This document shows, in pieces, positions 19,619 to 28,818 of a stretch of DNA of 64,000 nucleotides. Numbering within the stretch: the stretch's first letter is position 1; the number at the start of each line of letters is the position of its first letter. Location of the stretch: positions 32,001-96,000 of the forward strand of contig JBBQSO010000005.1 of NCBI GenBank assembly GCA_038213805.1. Direction: 5' to 3'. Under the pieces are notes generated by a model that ran no database searches, was not told where the DNA came from, and saw nothing but the letters and a program-made list of their open reading frames with translations. Origin of the DNA: Planctomycetota bacterium. GTDB lineage: Bacteria; Planctomycetota; UBA11346. Made by a program: the position numbers and the translations under genes.

Positions 19619-20635
19619 ATGAAGACCATCATCCTCGATCAGCCCGGCATCTTCCGTCTCACCGAAACGGCGGAGCCCAGCGCGCCCGGCGCCGGCGAGG
19701 TGGTGGTACGCGTGCGTTCGGTTGGGGTGTGCGGCACCGATTTGCACGCCTACCGCGGCAAGCAGCCGTTCTTCACCTATCCGCGCATCGTCGGACACGA
19801 ACTGGGCGTCGAGGTCGCGGCGGTCGGCGCGGGTGTCAGCAACGTGCGCGTCGGCGACCGCTGCGCGATCCAGCCCTACCTAGAATGCGGCACCTGCATC
19901 GCCTGCCGGCGCGGCAAGCCCAACTGCTGCGTGAGCCTCAAGGTGCTGGGCGTGCACATCGACGGTGGCATGCGCGAGCGTTTCACCGTGCCCGCGGCCA
20001 AGCTCTACCCATCGGCGACGCTCACTCTCGACCAGCTCGCCCTGGTCGAGACCCTGGGCATCGGTGCGCACGCGGTGGCGCGCGCCGAGGTCGGTGCGAC
20101 CGATACCGTGCTGGTCATCGGCGCCGGCCCGATCGGCCTGTCGGTGGTGCAGTTCGCCAGCGCTGCCGGCGCCACCGTGATCGTCATGGACCGCGACGAG
20201 CACCGTCTGGCCTTCTGCCGGCAGCAGTTCCAGGTCCCGCACACCCTGACCGGCATCGATGACCCAGTCGCGGCGCTGCAGGGCATTCTCGGCGGCGAGT
20301 TGCCGACCGTGGTCATCGACGCCACCGGCAACCCCGCCTCGATGATGGCCGCCTTCCAGTTCCCGTGCCACGGCGGCAAGCTGGTCTTTGTCGGCCTCTT
20401 CCAGGGCGACGTGACCTTCAACGATCCCAACTTCCACCGCCGCGAGCTGACCCTGTTCGGCAGCCGCAATGCCACCGGCGCCGATTTCGCGCACATCATC
20501 GCCCAAGTTGAGGCCGGGCGGATCAAGACGGATCCCTGGATCACCCACCGCGCCAAGGCCGACGACCTGGTCGCCGAGTTCGCACGCTGGACCGATCCCG
20601 CGCAGCGCGTGATCAAGGCGGTCGTCGAGTTCTGA
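19619..20635 (+). CDS. Zn-dependent dehydrogenase, L-galactonate 5-dehydrogenase (LgoD/YjjN)-like
   Basis: CGTDLH, QPFFTYPRIVGHE, structural Zn Cys cluster, GAGPIG, FHRRELTLFGSRNA; AGGA RBS. Confidence 0.78.
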   Translation: MKTIILDQPGIFRLTETAEPSAPGAGEVVVRVRSVGVCGTDLHAYRGKQPFFTYPRIVGHELGVEVAAVGAGVSNVRVGDRCAIQPYLECGTCIACRRGKPNCCVSLKVLGVHIDGGMRERFTVPAAKLYPSATLTLDQLALVETLGIGAHAVARAEVGATDTVLVIGAGPIGLSVVQFASAAGATVIVMDRDEHRLAFCRQQFQVPHTLTGIDDPVAALQGILGGELPTVVIDATGNPASMMAAFQFPCHGGKLVFVGLFQGDVTFNDPNFHRRELTLFGSRNATGADFAHIIAQVEAGRIKTDPWITHRAKADDLVAEFARWTDPAQRVIKAVVEF

Positions 20636-20642
20636 GGGGAGA

Positions 20643-20794
20643 AAGTCCGGAAGTCTGGAAGTCGATAGCCTGGGTAACCGCTCGGCTGGAATCGTCATCG
20701 AGGCTGGAAATGAAGAACCCCGCACGGATCGTGCGGGGTTCTTCTCTCTCTATCTCAGGCTGTCGGACTTCCGGACTCCCGGACTTCCGGACCT
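20643..20794. repeat. Inverted octamer arrays (AAGTCCGG)n / (CCGGACTT)n enclosing a terminator
   Basis: Arrays at 20643-20663 and 20763-20794 in opposite orientation. Confidence 0.75.
20712..20744. terminator. Bidirectional terminator hairpin
   Basis: Perfect 15-bp stem GAAGAACCCCGCACG / CGTGCGGGGTTCTTC between convergent genes. Confidence 0.8.
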
Positions 20795-20799
20795 TCCCC

Positions 20800-23544
20800 T
20801 CACTTCACATCGCCCGACTTCAGGTAGGCTACGATGTCGGCCACGGTCTGGGCCGAGAGGCCAAGCTGGTCGGCGCCCAGCATCAGCGAACGCTTCATGC
20901 CCTCGAGCGACTTGATGCGGCCACGTGGGATGGTCTGGACGATACCGCCCATCGACTTGACGATCACCGGGTCGCCGCTCGACAGTACGATGCCGTCGAT
21001 GACCTGGTCGTCCTTGGTGACGATGTGCGTGCCCTCGTAGCCGTGCGAGATCTCGGCTGACGGGTTGACGATGGCGTTGATGATGACCTCGCTCGGCTGG
21101 GTCAGGCCGAAGGAGGTCAGGTCGGGCCCGAACTCCGCGCCCTGGCCACCGATGTGGTGGCAGCCATAGCAGACCGCGACCGCGGTCTTGCCGCGCGCCG
21201 CGTCCCCAGCCAGCTTCTGAAGCTCGGGGATTGCCGGCAGCTTGGACGGGCCCGCGGGCGGCTCGGGGCTGATGATCGGGGTCAGGACGATGTGTTCAGG
21301 ATCGAAGATGCCGCGGCGCTTCATCTCGTCGGCGACGCCGAATTCCTTCCAGTCGTTGTCCTTGCGCTTGAACAGCCACCACGTGGCGAGGTCGGTGAAG
21401 GGGAAGTCCTTGGTCTGCGCGAGGTCGAGCATGGCGTCGGCCGCGGTCTTGTCGGCGATGAAGGCGAGGGCGTCCATCGCCTGCTTGCGCATGGCGCGCG
21501 GCACGGCCGGGGCCAGGGCGCGAGCGCGCAGGTCGGCAACCGCCGCCGGCGCGCTCAACCGCCAAGTAATCCAGGCGAAGGCCGGCGACCAGCTCTCGGG
21601 CGTGCTGCCGATGGTCTTGGCGACGGAGGCGTAGACTTCGCGTTCCTTGCCGCTGCTGCCGATACCGAAGGCCTCGAGGTAAGCACGATCCTTGCCGTCG
21701 AAGCTCTTCGCCAAGGCGGTGAGGATCTCGACGCTCTGCGCGGCGGGGACGTCGCGTAGGCTGGTGGCGACCTCGCGGCGCACCGCGGCGGAAGGGTCGG
21801 TGGCCAAGCGCGCGGCCATCGCCAGCACCGCGTGGTCGGCGCGGCGCAGGGCACGGTAGGCGACCACGCGCACTTCCTCGTCCTTGCTCGCGAGCAGCGG
21901 CTCGACCTTGGCGACGCCCGCTGGGCCGAGCTGGGCGAGCAGCCAGATGGCGCGCGCCGCGATGAAGTGGTTGGCATCGCTCAGCAGCGCCGCGACCGCC
22001 GGCACCGCCGCTTCGCCCTGGGCCTTGAGGTGGACGAAGCCGCTATTGCGGACGTTCACCGCGGGGCTCTTCAGCGCCTCGATCTGGCCGGCGGTGGTGG
22101 CGAGGTCGATCTTCGGCACGTGCGGTTTGAAGCCCTTGGGCGCGATGCGGTAGATGTTGCCCGAGAGGGTCTTGTCCAGCGACTGGTGGCCGCCGACGCG
22201 CGGGTCGAACCAGTCGGCGACGTAGATCGCGCCATCTGCACCGATCACCACGTCGGAGGGGCGGAAGCGCGTGATCAGCTCGTCATTGGCCTTGCCGCCC
22301 ATGAAATCGGAGCCGGCGAAGACCTTGGTGGTGTTCGACGTGAGGAAGTCGGTGCGCTCAAGCGTGAAGCCGGCGCCGTTCGGCTTGGGGAAGTAGCCGA
22401 AGATGACGTTGCGGCCGGCCTCGCAGGCGAGCAGCAGGCCGTTCCACTTGTCGCCCAGCGCGCCGTTTTCATAGAACGCGACGCCGGTCGGGGAGCCACC
22501 GCCGTACACGTCGCCCGACGGCATGGTGCCCGGGTCATCCTGGCGCCACTCCGCGATCGGGGTGGTCTGCCCGGGCCGGCGGTCGGCGTTCCACGAGCGC
22601 TTGCCGTCGCGCGAGTTGAAGCCGGCGCTGCCGTACTCCATCACCGCGGTGACGCGGCAGGCGGGCGGATCGTCGTTATCACTCTGGAAAACATCGCCGA
22701 GCGACGTGATGGTCTGCTCGTAGCTGTTGCGGTAGTTGTAGCCTACGATCGACGCGTTGGTGCCGTCCGGGTTCATGCGCACCGTGAAGCCGCCGGTGTA
22801 GATGTGCCCATCCGAGCTGGTCTTGCCCGCGATCTCCGGCGGGTTGATCGCCGTCTTGCTCATGTCGTACCAGCTGCCCGAATAGAAGGTCTTACCCGAC
22901 TTGTCGGTGAACTGGGCGCCGGTATTGCCCTGGTTGAAGTACCACTGGCCGTCCGGTCCGGCGGTCAGGGAATGCAGGCTGTGGTCGTGGTTGCGGCCGT
23001 TGAAGCCGGTCAGCAGCACGTCGCGCGTGTCGGTGCCCACGTCGAAGACGCCGTTGTGGTTGACGTCGGTGTAGACCAGCAGATCGGGCGGCTGGCTGAC
23101 CACGACCTGGTCGCCGATCACCGCCACGCCCAGCGGCGCGACCAGGTTGACGTCCTGCACGAACACCGTGCTCTTGTCGGCGGTGCCGTCGCCATCGGTG
23201 TCCTCGAGGACGACTATGCGGTCGCCCTCCTTGCGGCGGCCGGCGTGGCTGCGGTAGTTGACGCCTTCCGCGACCCAGATGCGGCCGGCGGCGTCGACGT
23301 CGATGTTGGTCGGTTTGGAAAGCAGCGGGCTCTTCGCCCACAGGGTGATCTCGAGGCCTTCCGGCAGGGCGAATTTCTCAGTCGGCACGAAGCGCGGCGC
23401 GTTGGGGTCGATGGCCTCCGGCGCCTGCTCGGCCGCGGTCGCGCCGAGCGCCGTGCAGGCGGCGAGTGCGCCGAGGCGCAGGCCGATGCGCGTGGGGTGG
23501 TTGACGAGAACGGCGAGCGAGGGCAGCAGGCTGGTGAGGCGCAT
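20800..23544 (-). CDS. PVC-type heme-binding CxxCH protein (membrane-bound dehydrogenase-like propeller, HEAT repeats, cytochrome c)
   Basis: DRIVVLEDTDGDG, FRPSDV..GADGAIYVADW, HEAT-like repeats, CYGCH heme motif followed by GPDLT. Confidence 0.88.
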   Translation of the reverse strand: MRLTSLLPSLAVLVNHPTRIGLRLGALAACTALGATAAEQAPEAIDPNAPRFVPTEKFALPEGLEITLWAKSPLLSKPTNIDVDAAGRIWVAEGVNYRSHAGRRKEGDRIVVLEDTDGDGTADKSTVFVQDVNLVAPLGVAVIGDQVVVSQPPDLLVYTDVNHNGVFDVGTDTRDVLLTGFNGRNHDHSLHSLTAGPDGQWYFNQGNTGAQFTDKSGKTFYSGSWYDMSKTAINPPEIAGKTSSDGHIYTGGFTVRMNPDGTNASIVGYNYRNSYEQTITSLGDVFQSDNDDPPACRVTAVMEYGSAGFNSRDGKRSWNADRRPGQTTPIAEWRQDDPGTMPSGDVYGGGSPTGVAFYENGALGDKWNGLLLACEAGRNVIFGYFPKPNGAGFTLERTDFLTSNTTKVFAGSDFMGGKANDELITRFRPSDVVIGADGAIYVADWFDPRVGGHQSLDKTLSGNIYRIAPKGFKPHVPKIDLATTAGQIEALKSPAVNVRNSGFVHLKAQGEAAVPAVAALLSDANHFIAARAIWLLAQLGPAGVAKVEPLLASKDEEVRVVAYRALRRADHAVLAMAARLATDPSAAVRREVATSLRDVPAAQSVEILTALAKSFDGKDRAYLEAFGIGSSGKEREVYASVAKTIGSTPESWSPAFAWITWRLSAPAAVADLRARALAPAVPRAMRKQAMDALAFIADKTAADAMLDLAQTKDFPFTDLATWWLFKRKDNDWKEFGVADEMKRRGIFDPEHIVLTPIISPEPPAGPSKLPAIPELQKLAGDAARGKTAVAVCYGCHHIGGQGAEFGPDLTSFGLTQPSEVIINAIVNPSAEISHGYEGTHIVTKDDQVIDGIVLSSGDPVIVKSMGGIVQTIPRGRIKSLEGMKRSLMLGADQLGLSAQTVADIVAYLKSGDVK

Positions 23545-23831
23545 CCGGGGACCCTTGGCTAAGGAAAGAGGAAGGAGCTTCCTACCGTTCCAAGGGTGGC
23601 CCCGTTGGCAAGGAACTCATGCCCTGACCGCAGCACGGTGTCCCTGCACCGGGGAGCTCATTCTTGTCGGGTTGGGGATTGGGCTCTTCGTCTCTGAGAA
23701 TGCTATCGCACCGTGGTGCGGCTGGAGGTCAGCTTTATTTTGACGGGCAGCGGCCACTGAAAAGAGCCGCTGCCCGCCGCCTAAAGCTCCGCTTGCCACG
23801 CCCGGAGCCGCGGATTGCTGACCTGCGCCCC

Positions 23832-25160
23832 TTACGGCAGGACGCGCGCATCAACCTCGGGCTTGGGCATGCGCAGCACCACCAGGTGCAGCCACGCGAA
23901 GCTGACGATCACCAGCACCAGCAGCACCGCGAACGGCGTCGAGACCAGCCCGGTCCACTGCTTCACGTAGCCGAAGATCAAGGGCAGGAAGAAGCCGCCG
24001 AGCGCGCCGAGCGCGCCGACCAGGCCGCCGACCGCGCCGACATCCTTGGGGAAGTATTCAGGGATGTACTTGTAGACCGCGGCCTTGCCGATGCCCATGC
24101 CGACGCCGACCAGGAACACCATGATGGTGAACGACGTGACGTCGAGGGTGATGCCGAACGCTCCCGGTGGCAGAGCCAGCACGCCGCACGTCAGCACCAG
24201 GCTGGTGAACACGCAGTACATCACCACGCGCGGACCGTAGAGGTCGGAGAGGTAGCCGCCAAGGGGACGCAGCAGGCTGGCGGGGAAGACGAACAGCGCG
24301 GCGAGCAGTGCGGCGATCTTGAGGTCGAGGTGGTAGTTCGCGACGTAGTATTTAGGCAGGGCCAAGGACAGCGCCACGTAGGCGCCGAAGACCACCACGT
24401 AGTACAGGCTGAAACGCCAGACGCGCATCTGGTTGAGCGGGCGCAGCGAGGCGCCGAGCGGCTTGCCCTTGCCGGGCACGCGGTCGACCGGCGACAGGAA
24501 CCACACCGCGGCGGCCATCAGCACGAGCAGCACGGTGTAGGCGAACGGCACGAAGCGCCAGCCGCCGGGCACCACGCCGCCGATTAGGCCGACGGCCGGC
24601 ACCAGGGCGATCAGCGCGGGGCCAAACATCTTGGTCAGCGACGGTCCGACGTTGCCTGCTCCAAAGGTGCCGAGCGCCAGGCCCTGGCGGTTCTTCGGGA
24701 ACCACACCGAGTTCCAGGCGATGCCCGCAGTGAAGGAGTTGCCGGCGATGCCGACCAGGAAGGCGCACACCATGAGCATCGGGAAGGAGGTGGCGATGCT
24801 GACCAGGAAAGAGGCGACGGCCGACGCCAGAAGCAGGCCGGTGAACACCTTCCGGCCGCCGACGCGGTCGGCGAGAATACCGAATGGCAGGCGCCAGATG
24901 GCCCCGTTGAGCACGGCGATCGCGCCCAGCCAGTAGAACTGCACGTCGCTGAGCGCGAACTCCTTCTGGATGGGAATGCCGATGACCGCGAACATCAGCC
25001 ACACCGCGAACATCAGCGTGAAGGCGATGGTCGACAGGGTGAGCACGCGCGTGCGCGCGCCGACGTCGGCCTGATCGATGACCGCGGCGGCCGGGTGGGT
25101 GAAGGCCGCTGCGTCGAGGGCGCTGAGCGGTGCTGAGGCTGACGAAGTGGGGGGTGCCAT
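23832..25160 (-). CDS. narK: NarK/NasA-family nitrate/nitrite MFS transporter
   Basis: About 12 TM helices; nitrate signature FPKNRQGLALGTFGAGNVG; FSLYYVVVFGAYVA; GGLVGALGALGGF. Confidence 0.85.
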   Translation of the reverse strand: MAPPTSSASAPLSALDAAAFTHPAAAVIDQADVGARTRVLTLSTIAFTLMFAVWLMFAVIGIPIQKEFALSDVQFYWLGAIAVLNGAIWRLPFGILADRVGGRKVFTGLLLASAVASFLVSIATSFPMLMVCAFLVGIAGNSFTAGIAWNSVWFPKNRQGLALGTFGAGNVGPSLTKMFGPALIALVPAVGLIGGVVPGGWRFVPFAYTVLLVLMAAAVWFLSPVDRVPGKGKPLGASLRPLNQMRVWRFSLYYVVVFGAYVALSLALPKYYVANYHLDLKIAALLAALFVFPASLLRPLGGYLSDLYGPRVVMYCVFTSLVLTCGVLALPPGAFGITLDVTSFTIMVFLVGVGMGIGKAAVYKYIPEYFPKDVGAVGGLVGALGALGGFFLPLIFGYVKQWTGLVSTPFAVLLVLVIVSFAWLHLVVLRMPKPEVDARVLP

Positions 25161-25361
25161 GGGGGCTCCGCTGGTGGTGATTGACCCAGCCTAGCGGAGC
25201 GCGGCCTGCTCGGGAATGCGCGGTATCTGTTGAATGGGGTCACAGATCGGACTGCTCAAGAGAATCCTGGCGTACGGAGCTTCGCACCGTGTGCGCATCG
25301 CTGCAAACAAGTATTTGTCAGTTGCTTGCACCTCAGCTTCAGAGTTATTATCGCTGTGATA

Positions 25362-25377
25362 AGCAGCGGGCGTGCCA
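25362..25377 (-). promoter_or_regulatory. Sigma-54 (-24/-12) promoter for narK
   Basis: Minus strand TGGCACGCCCGCTGCT with exact GG-N10-GC spacing, ~200 bp upstream of narK in an AT-richer region. Confidence 0.7.
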
Positions 25378-25567
25378 GGCGAGAGAGCGTGAAATGGTTA
25401 CGAAAACAGCACTACGGTGAGCAAATTCCGATCACGACTGGCGACTGTTCCGCCATTATGACCCAGCGAAAATCGGAACAATGGGCCTGAGGAGAATTAT
25501 CACAATTCTTCCGACGATGATTCGTGCAAAATCCGCTCAGAATGGGCCCTGGCCGTGAGTTCGCGAC

Positions 25568-26431
25568 CTATCCGACCGCTCCGTGCTCTGCTGCGGTCGC
25601 GATCCAGCCGGCAGCCAGCGGCGCGGTCGCGCAACCCAGGCTGCGACCCAGGTGCAGGGCCAGGCCCAGCATCAGCGCGGCGGCCTCGCGCAGGGCGGCA
25701 GCCTCATGCAGGCCAGCGAAGTCCTGCTGCGCGCGCTCCTGGAGAAGCTCGCGATGGCGCTGTACGAAGGCCATGGGCGCGCCCGCGCGCAGCCCCGGCA
25801 CGGTCAACAGGTCCAACCACGCCGCGGGGATCGCCTCCGCCCGTTGTCCATCACCGGCCTTGGCGAGAGCCCGCCAGCGCGGCAGCACCAACGCGTCGCC
25901 GGCCGCTGCCAGTCCACCATCGATGACCAGCACCAGCGCGCCGTCGGCGAGATCCTGCATGACTTCCAGATACGCGTCCTGCACGGCCTCGCCGGGGGCG
26001 ACGTCCTGGCCGGCGAGGTAGTCGGCGACGCGGACGAGCGGTAGTGCGACGACCTGCGGACAGCCGGCAAGACAGGGGAAGCGTCGGCCCTCATGCAGAT
26101 AGGTCACGCGCGCACCGCGCCGCTCGCGGCCGAGCGGATAGAGCCTGCAGGCGAGGGGTCGACCGGTATGCACCACGCAGCCGCGCGCGGAATCGTACTG
26201 GCTGCACGCCGGCAGGCCGTTCCAGCCCGGTGCACCGCTGAAGCTCAGGCGGATGCCGCCGGCCTCAGTATGCTGGGTGCGGAAATCGTCAGCGGCCACG
26301 CCGCGCGCTGCCGCGAGGCAGGCCAGCTCCCAGGGGTTCAGCCATACCTCCTTACCGTGGCAGCAGGTGCCGGCACGGGTGCAGGTGAGCGGCAAAGCAT
26401 CGTCCGCTGTCAAGCGCGTGGGCGCGCTCAT
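25568..26431 (-). CDS. YkgJ-family cysteine cluster protein
   Basis: CTRAGTCC, CSQYD...CVVHTGRPLACRLYP pattern. Confidence 0.8.
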   Translation of the reverse strand: MSAPTRLTADDALPLTCTRAGTCCHGKEVWLNPWELACLAAARGVAADDFRTQHTEAGGIRLSFSGAPGWNGLPACSQYDSARGCVVHTGRPLACRLYPLGRERRGARVTYLHEGRRFPCLAGCPQVVALPLVRVADYLAGQDVAPGEAVQDAYLEVMQDLADGALVLVIDGGLAAAGDALVLPRWRALAKAGDGQRAEAIPAAWLDLLTVPGLRAGAPMAFVQRHRELLQERAQQDFAGLHEAAALREAAALMLGLALHLGRSLGCATAPLAAGWIATAAEHGAVG

Positions 26432-26462
26432 CGCGACCCGCACCACCGCGCGCGTACCACCC

Positions 26463-27518
26463 TCACGGCACGGGCGCGGCCACAGCCTTGGCCGGAGTGG
26501 GGGCCGGCGCGCCACCGCCTGCGGCCGCGCGCTCGTGGAGGGCCTTCAGATCGCGGTAGTACGCGACGTCTCCGGCAAGCGCGGTGTCTCCGGGCGCGAG
26601 CGCGACGCCCTTCTGCGCAAGCGCGAGCGCCTCGTCGATCAGTCCGAGCGTCGCGAACAGCCGGGCGCGCGTGGCGAAGACCGCGGCATTCGCCGGCTCG
26701 ACCTGCAGGGCATGGTCGCTGAAGGCGAGGGCGAGGTCGAGGTTGCGCTGCACCAGATTGTCGTCGCCCAGGCGCTCGGCGATCAGATCGTCGGCAGTCG
26801 CGGCGTCGAGTTTGTCGAGCGGGATCTTCATCAGGGTATCGCGCACCATCGCCGGATTCTTGGTGTAGTTGGCGATGGCGAGGCGCATGTGCAGGGCTTG
26901 GCCGTTGATCGCGTCAAGGGCGAGGATCTGGTCGATGACCCCGACCGCTTTGTCGATCTGCGGCTGACGGCCGCCGAGCAGTTTCTTGAGTTCCTCTTCG
27001 AGCGCGGCGACCTTGCCCTGCTTGCCGGCGTCGAAGGTGCCGGCGACGACCTGCGCCAGCACCGGTCCCATCGTCATCGGATGGCCTGCCCACACCACCT
27101 TGCCGTCGGCACCGATCAGGAAGGCCTGCGGGATGCCGTCGCGACCGGCCATGTAGGCATCGTGGGTGGCTTTGTCGGAGAGGCCGACGCGGTAAGCCAT
27201 CTTGTCGCCCATCTCGGCGACGAAGGGCTTGACAGTCGGCTCGTCCTCGTCGCTCAGGCCGATGATGCGCACCTGCTCACCGTACTGCTTCTGCAGCTCT
27301 GTAAGGTGCGGGATGGACTGCTTGCACGGCCCGCACCAGGTCGCCCAGAACTCGACCACGGTGATCTTGCCGGTTACCGTCACCGCCGCGCCCTTGACCC
27401 AGGTGACCGAGGTCAGCGGCGGTGCGTCCTGGCCGACGTCGAGCGCCTGCAACGCGCCGCCACCGCCCAGGCAGAGCGCGCAGAACAGGGCGAAGGCGGT
27501 GGGGATGGCTGGGCGCAT
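26463..27518 (-). CDS. Secreted TlpA-family redoxin with C-terminal TPR-like helices
   Basis: Signal peptide; EFWATWCGPC; GIPQAF cis-Pro loop; CAGGAG RBS. Confidence 0.85.
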   Translation of the reverse strand: MRPAIPTAFALFCALCLGGGGALQALDVGQDAPPLTSVTWVKGAAVTVTGKITVVEFWATWCGPCKQSIPHLTELQKQYGEQVRIIGLSDEDEPTVKPFVAEMGDKMAYRVGLSDKATHDAYMAGRDGIPQAFLIGADGKVVWAGHPMTMGPVLAQVVAGTFDAGKQGKVAALEEELKKLLGGRQPQIDKAVGVIDQILALDAINGQALHMRLAIANYTKNPAMVRDTLMKIPLDKLDAATADDLIAERLGDDNLVQRNLDLALAFSDHALQVEPANAAVFATRARLFATLGLIDEALALAQKGVALAPGDTALAGDVAYYRDLKALHERAAAGGGAPAPTPAKAVAAPVP

Positions 27519-27679
27519 AACGGGCTCCTGGAAGGTCATGGGGGATAGCCGCACGGCGTGAGGGGGACAAGCCAAAACGGGCAGGTCCTGGGCGCGTGGG
27601 ATCCGCACGCCGACGCGGAGATACGCACCGCGACCGGCGCACGTTTGGCTTTGCCGGGCGGGGCGTCAGCATGCGCGCC

Positions 27680-28366
27680 ATGCGCATCATCCTCGGCATC
27701 GGCAACCCCGGGCGCGAATACGCTGGTACGCGCCACAATTGCGGCTTCCTGGTGGTCGATGCCCTGGCGCAGCGCCACGGCCTGACCACGTGGCGCAAGG
27801 ACTGGAACGCGGACGTCTGCGAATGGGCCGTGCCGCCGGCCCTTGGCGGTGGCAAGGCGCTGCTGCTGAAGCCGCGCTGCTACGTGAATCTCAGCGGCGA
27901 CGTGGCGCAGGCAGCGCTCGCATTCTACAAGCTGCCGATCAGCGATCTGCTGGTGGTGGTCGACGATCTCAATCTCGCATTCGGCCACCTGCGCCTGCGC
28001 CCCGACGGCAGCGCCGGGGGCCACAACGGCCTGCGCGACATCGAAGCCAAGCTCGGGCCGCTCTATCCGCGCCTGAGGATGGGGATCGGCCGTCCGCGGC
28101 CTGGCCAGGACCAGGTCGGCTTCGTGCTTGGTGGCTTCGCCCCCGATGAGCAGGCCGACGCCCAGGCGATGGTGGCGAAGGCCGTCGACTGCGTGGAGGC
28201 CTGGTTGCGCGATGGGCTGGCCGTGTCCTGCCGCTTCAACGGGCCGCTGCGGCCGGAGCCGCCAGTTCCGCCGGCAGCCAAGACCGCGGAGCCGCCAGCG
28301 GTGGATGGCAAAGGTCCTGCACCGGAGAGATGGAACAGGAGACGCGGAGACGCGGAGACCGGATGA
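27680..28366 (+). CDS. pth: Peptidyl-tRNA hydrolase
   Basis: GIGNPGREYAGTRHNCGF, VDDL, GGHNGLRDI, RLRMGIGRP. Confidence 0.95.
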   Translation: MRIILGIGNPGREYAGTRHNCGFLVVDALAQRHGLTTWRKDWNADVCEWAVPPALGGGKALLLKPRCYVNLSGDVAQAALAFYKLPISDLLVVVDDLNLAFGHLRLRPDGSAGGHNGLRDIEAKLGPLYPRLRMGIGRPRPGQDQVGFVLGGFAPDEQADAQAMVAKAVDCVEAWLRDGLAVSCRFNGPLRPEPPVPPAAKTAEPPAVDGKGPAPERWNRRRGDAETG

Positions 28367-28484
28367 GGCCTACGGAACGATGAGAAGACGCGGAGAAGGC
28401 GTCCACCGCGCGGGAGCGGGTAGCGCGGAGTCCATGCCGGCTCTCCACCTCCGATCTCCGCGTCTCCGCGCCTCATGTTCTCTC
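28329..28484. repeat. Inverted-repeat element of the GCGGAGACGCGGAG family overlapping the pth 3' end
   Basis: Left GATGGAACAGGAGACGCGGAGACGCGGAG; right CTCCGCGTCTCCGCGCCTCATGTTCTCTC. Confidence 0.75.
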
Positions 28485-28516
28485 CCTCGCTGACCCCGGA
28501 CGCGGAAAGGTCCCCG

Positions 28517-28552
28517 GAAACGGAAGCACCCTCGCCTGGTGGGCGAGGGTGC
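28517..28552 (-). terminator. Probable rpmH terminator
   Basis: 11-bp perfect stem GCACCCTCGCC / GGCGAGGGTGC followed on the minus strand by TTCCGTTT. Confidence 0.6.
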
Positions 28553-28591
28553 GCAGCAAGGCGATCTCGCGGCCCGAAGGGCCGGTAGGAA

Positions 28592-28729
28592 TCAGCGCTT
28601 CTTGCCTTTGCCCGACGCGCGACGGCGCTGGCGGTTGACGATCTGACGGCCGGCCTTCGTCTTCATCTTGCGACGGAAGCCGTTCATCTTGCGCTGCTTG
28701 GTGGAACTTCTGCGAATCTTGAGGTGCAT
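28592..28729 (-). CDS. rpmH: 50S ribosomal protein L34 (45 aa, below the ORF-track cutoff)
   Basis: Translated by hand: MHLKIRRSSTKQRKMNGFRRKMKTKAGRQIVNRQRRRASGKGKKR; GFRxxMxTxxGRxIxxRxR motif; GGAG RBS. Confidence 0.88.
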   Translation of the reverse strand: MHLKIRRSSTKQRKMNGFRRKMKTKAGRQIVNRQRRRASGKGKKR

Positions 28730-28818
28730 GACCTGCTCCAGGTGCGGGTGCGGGATCTTCCGCCCAAAGTCCCGCTGTCAAGCGGGTAGCAGAGAAAGGT
28801 GGGGGGGCAGGTGCGGGC

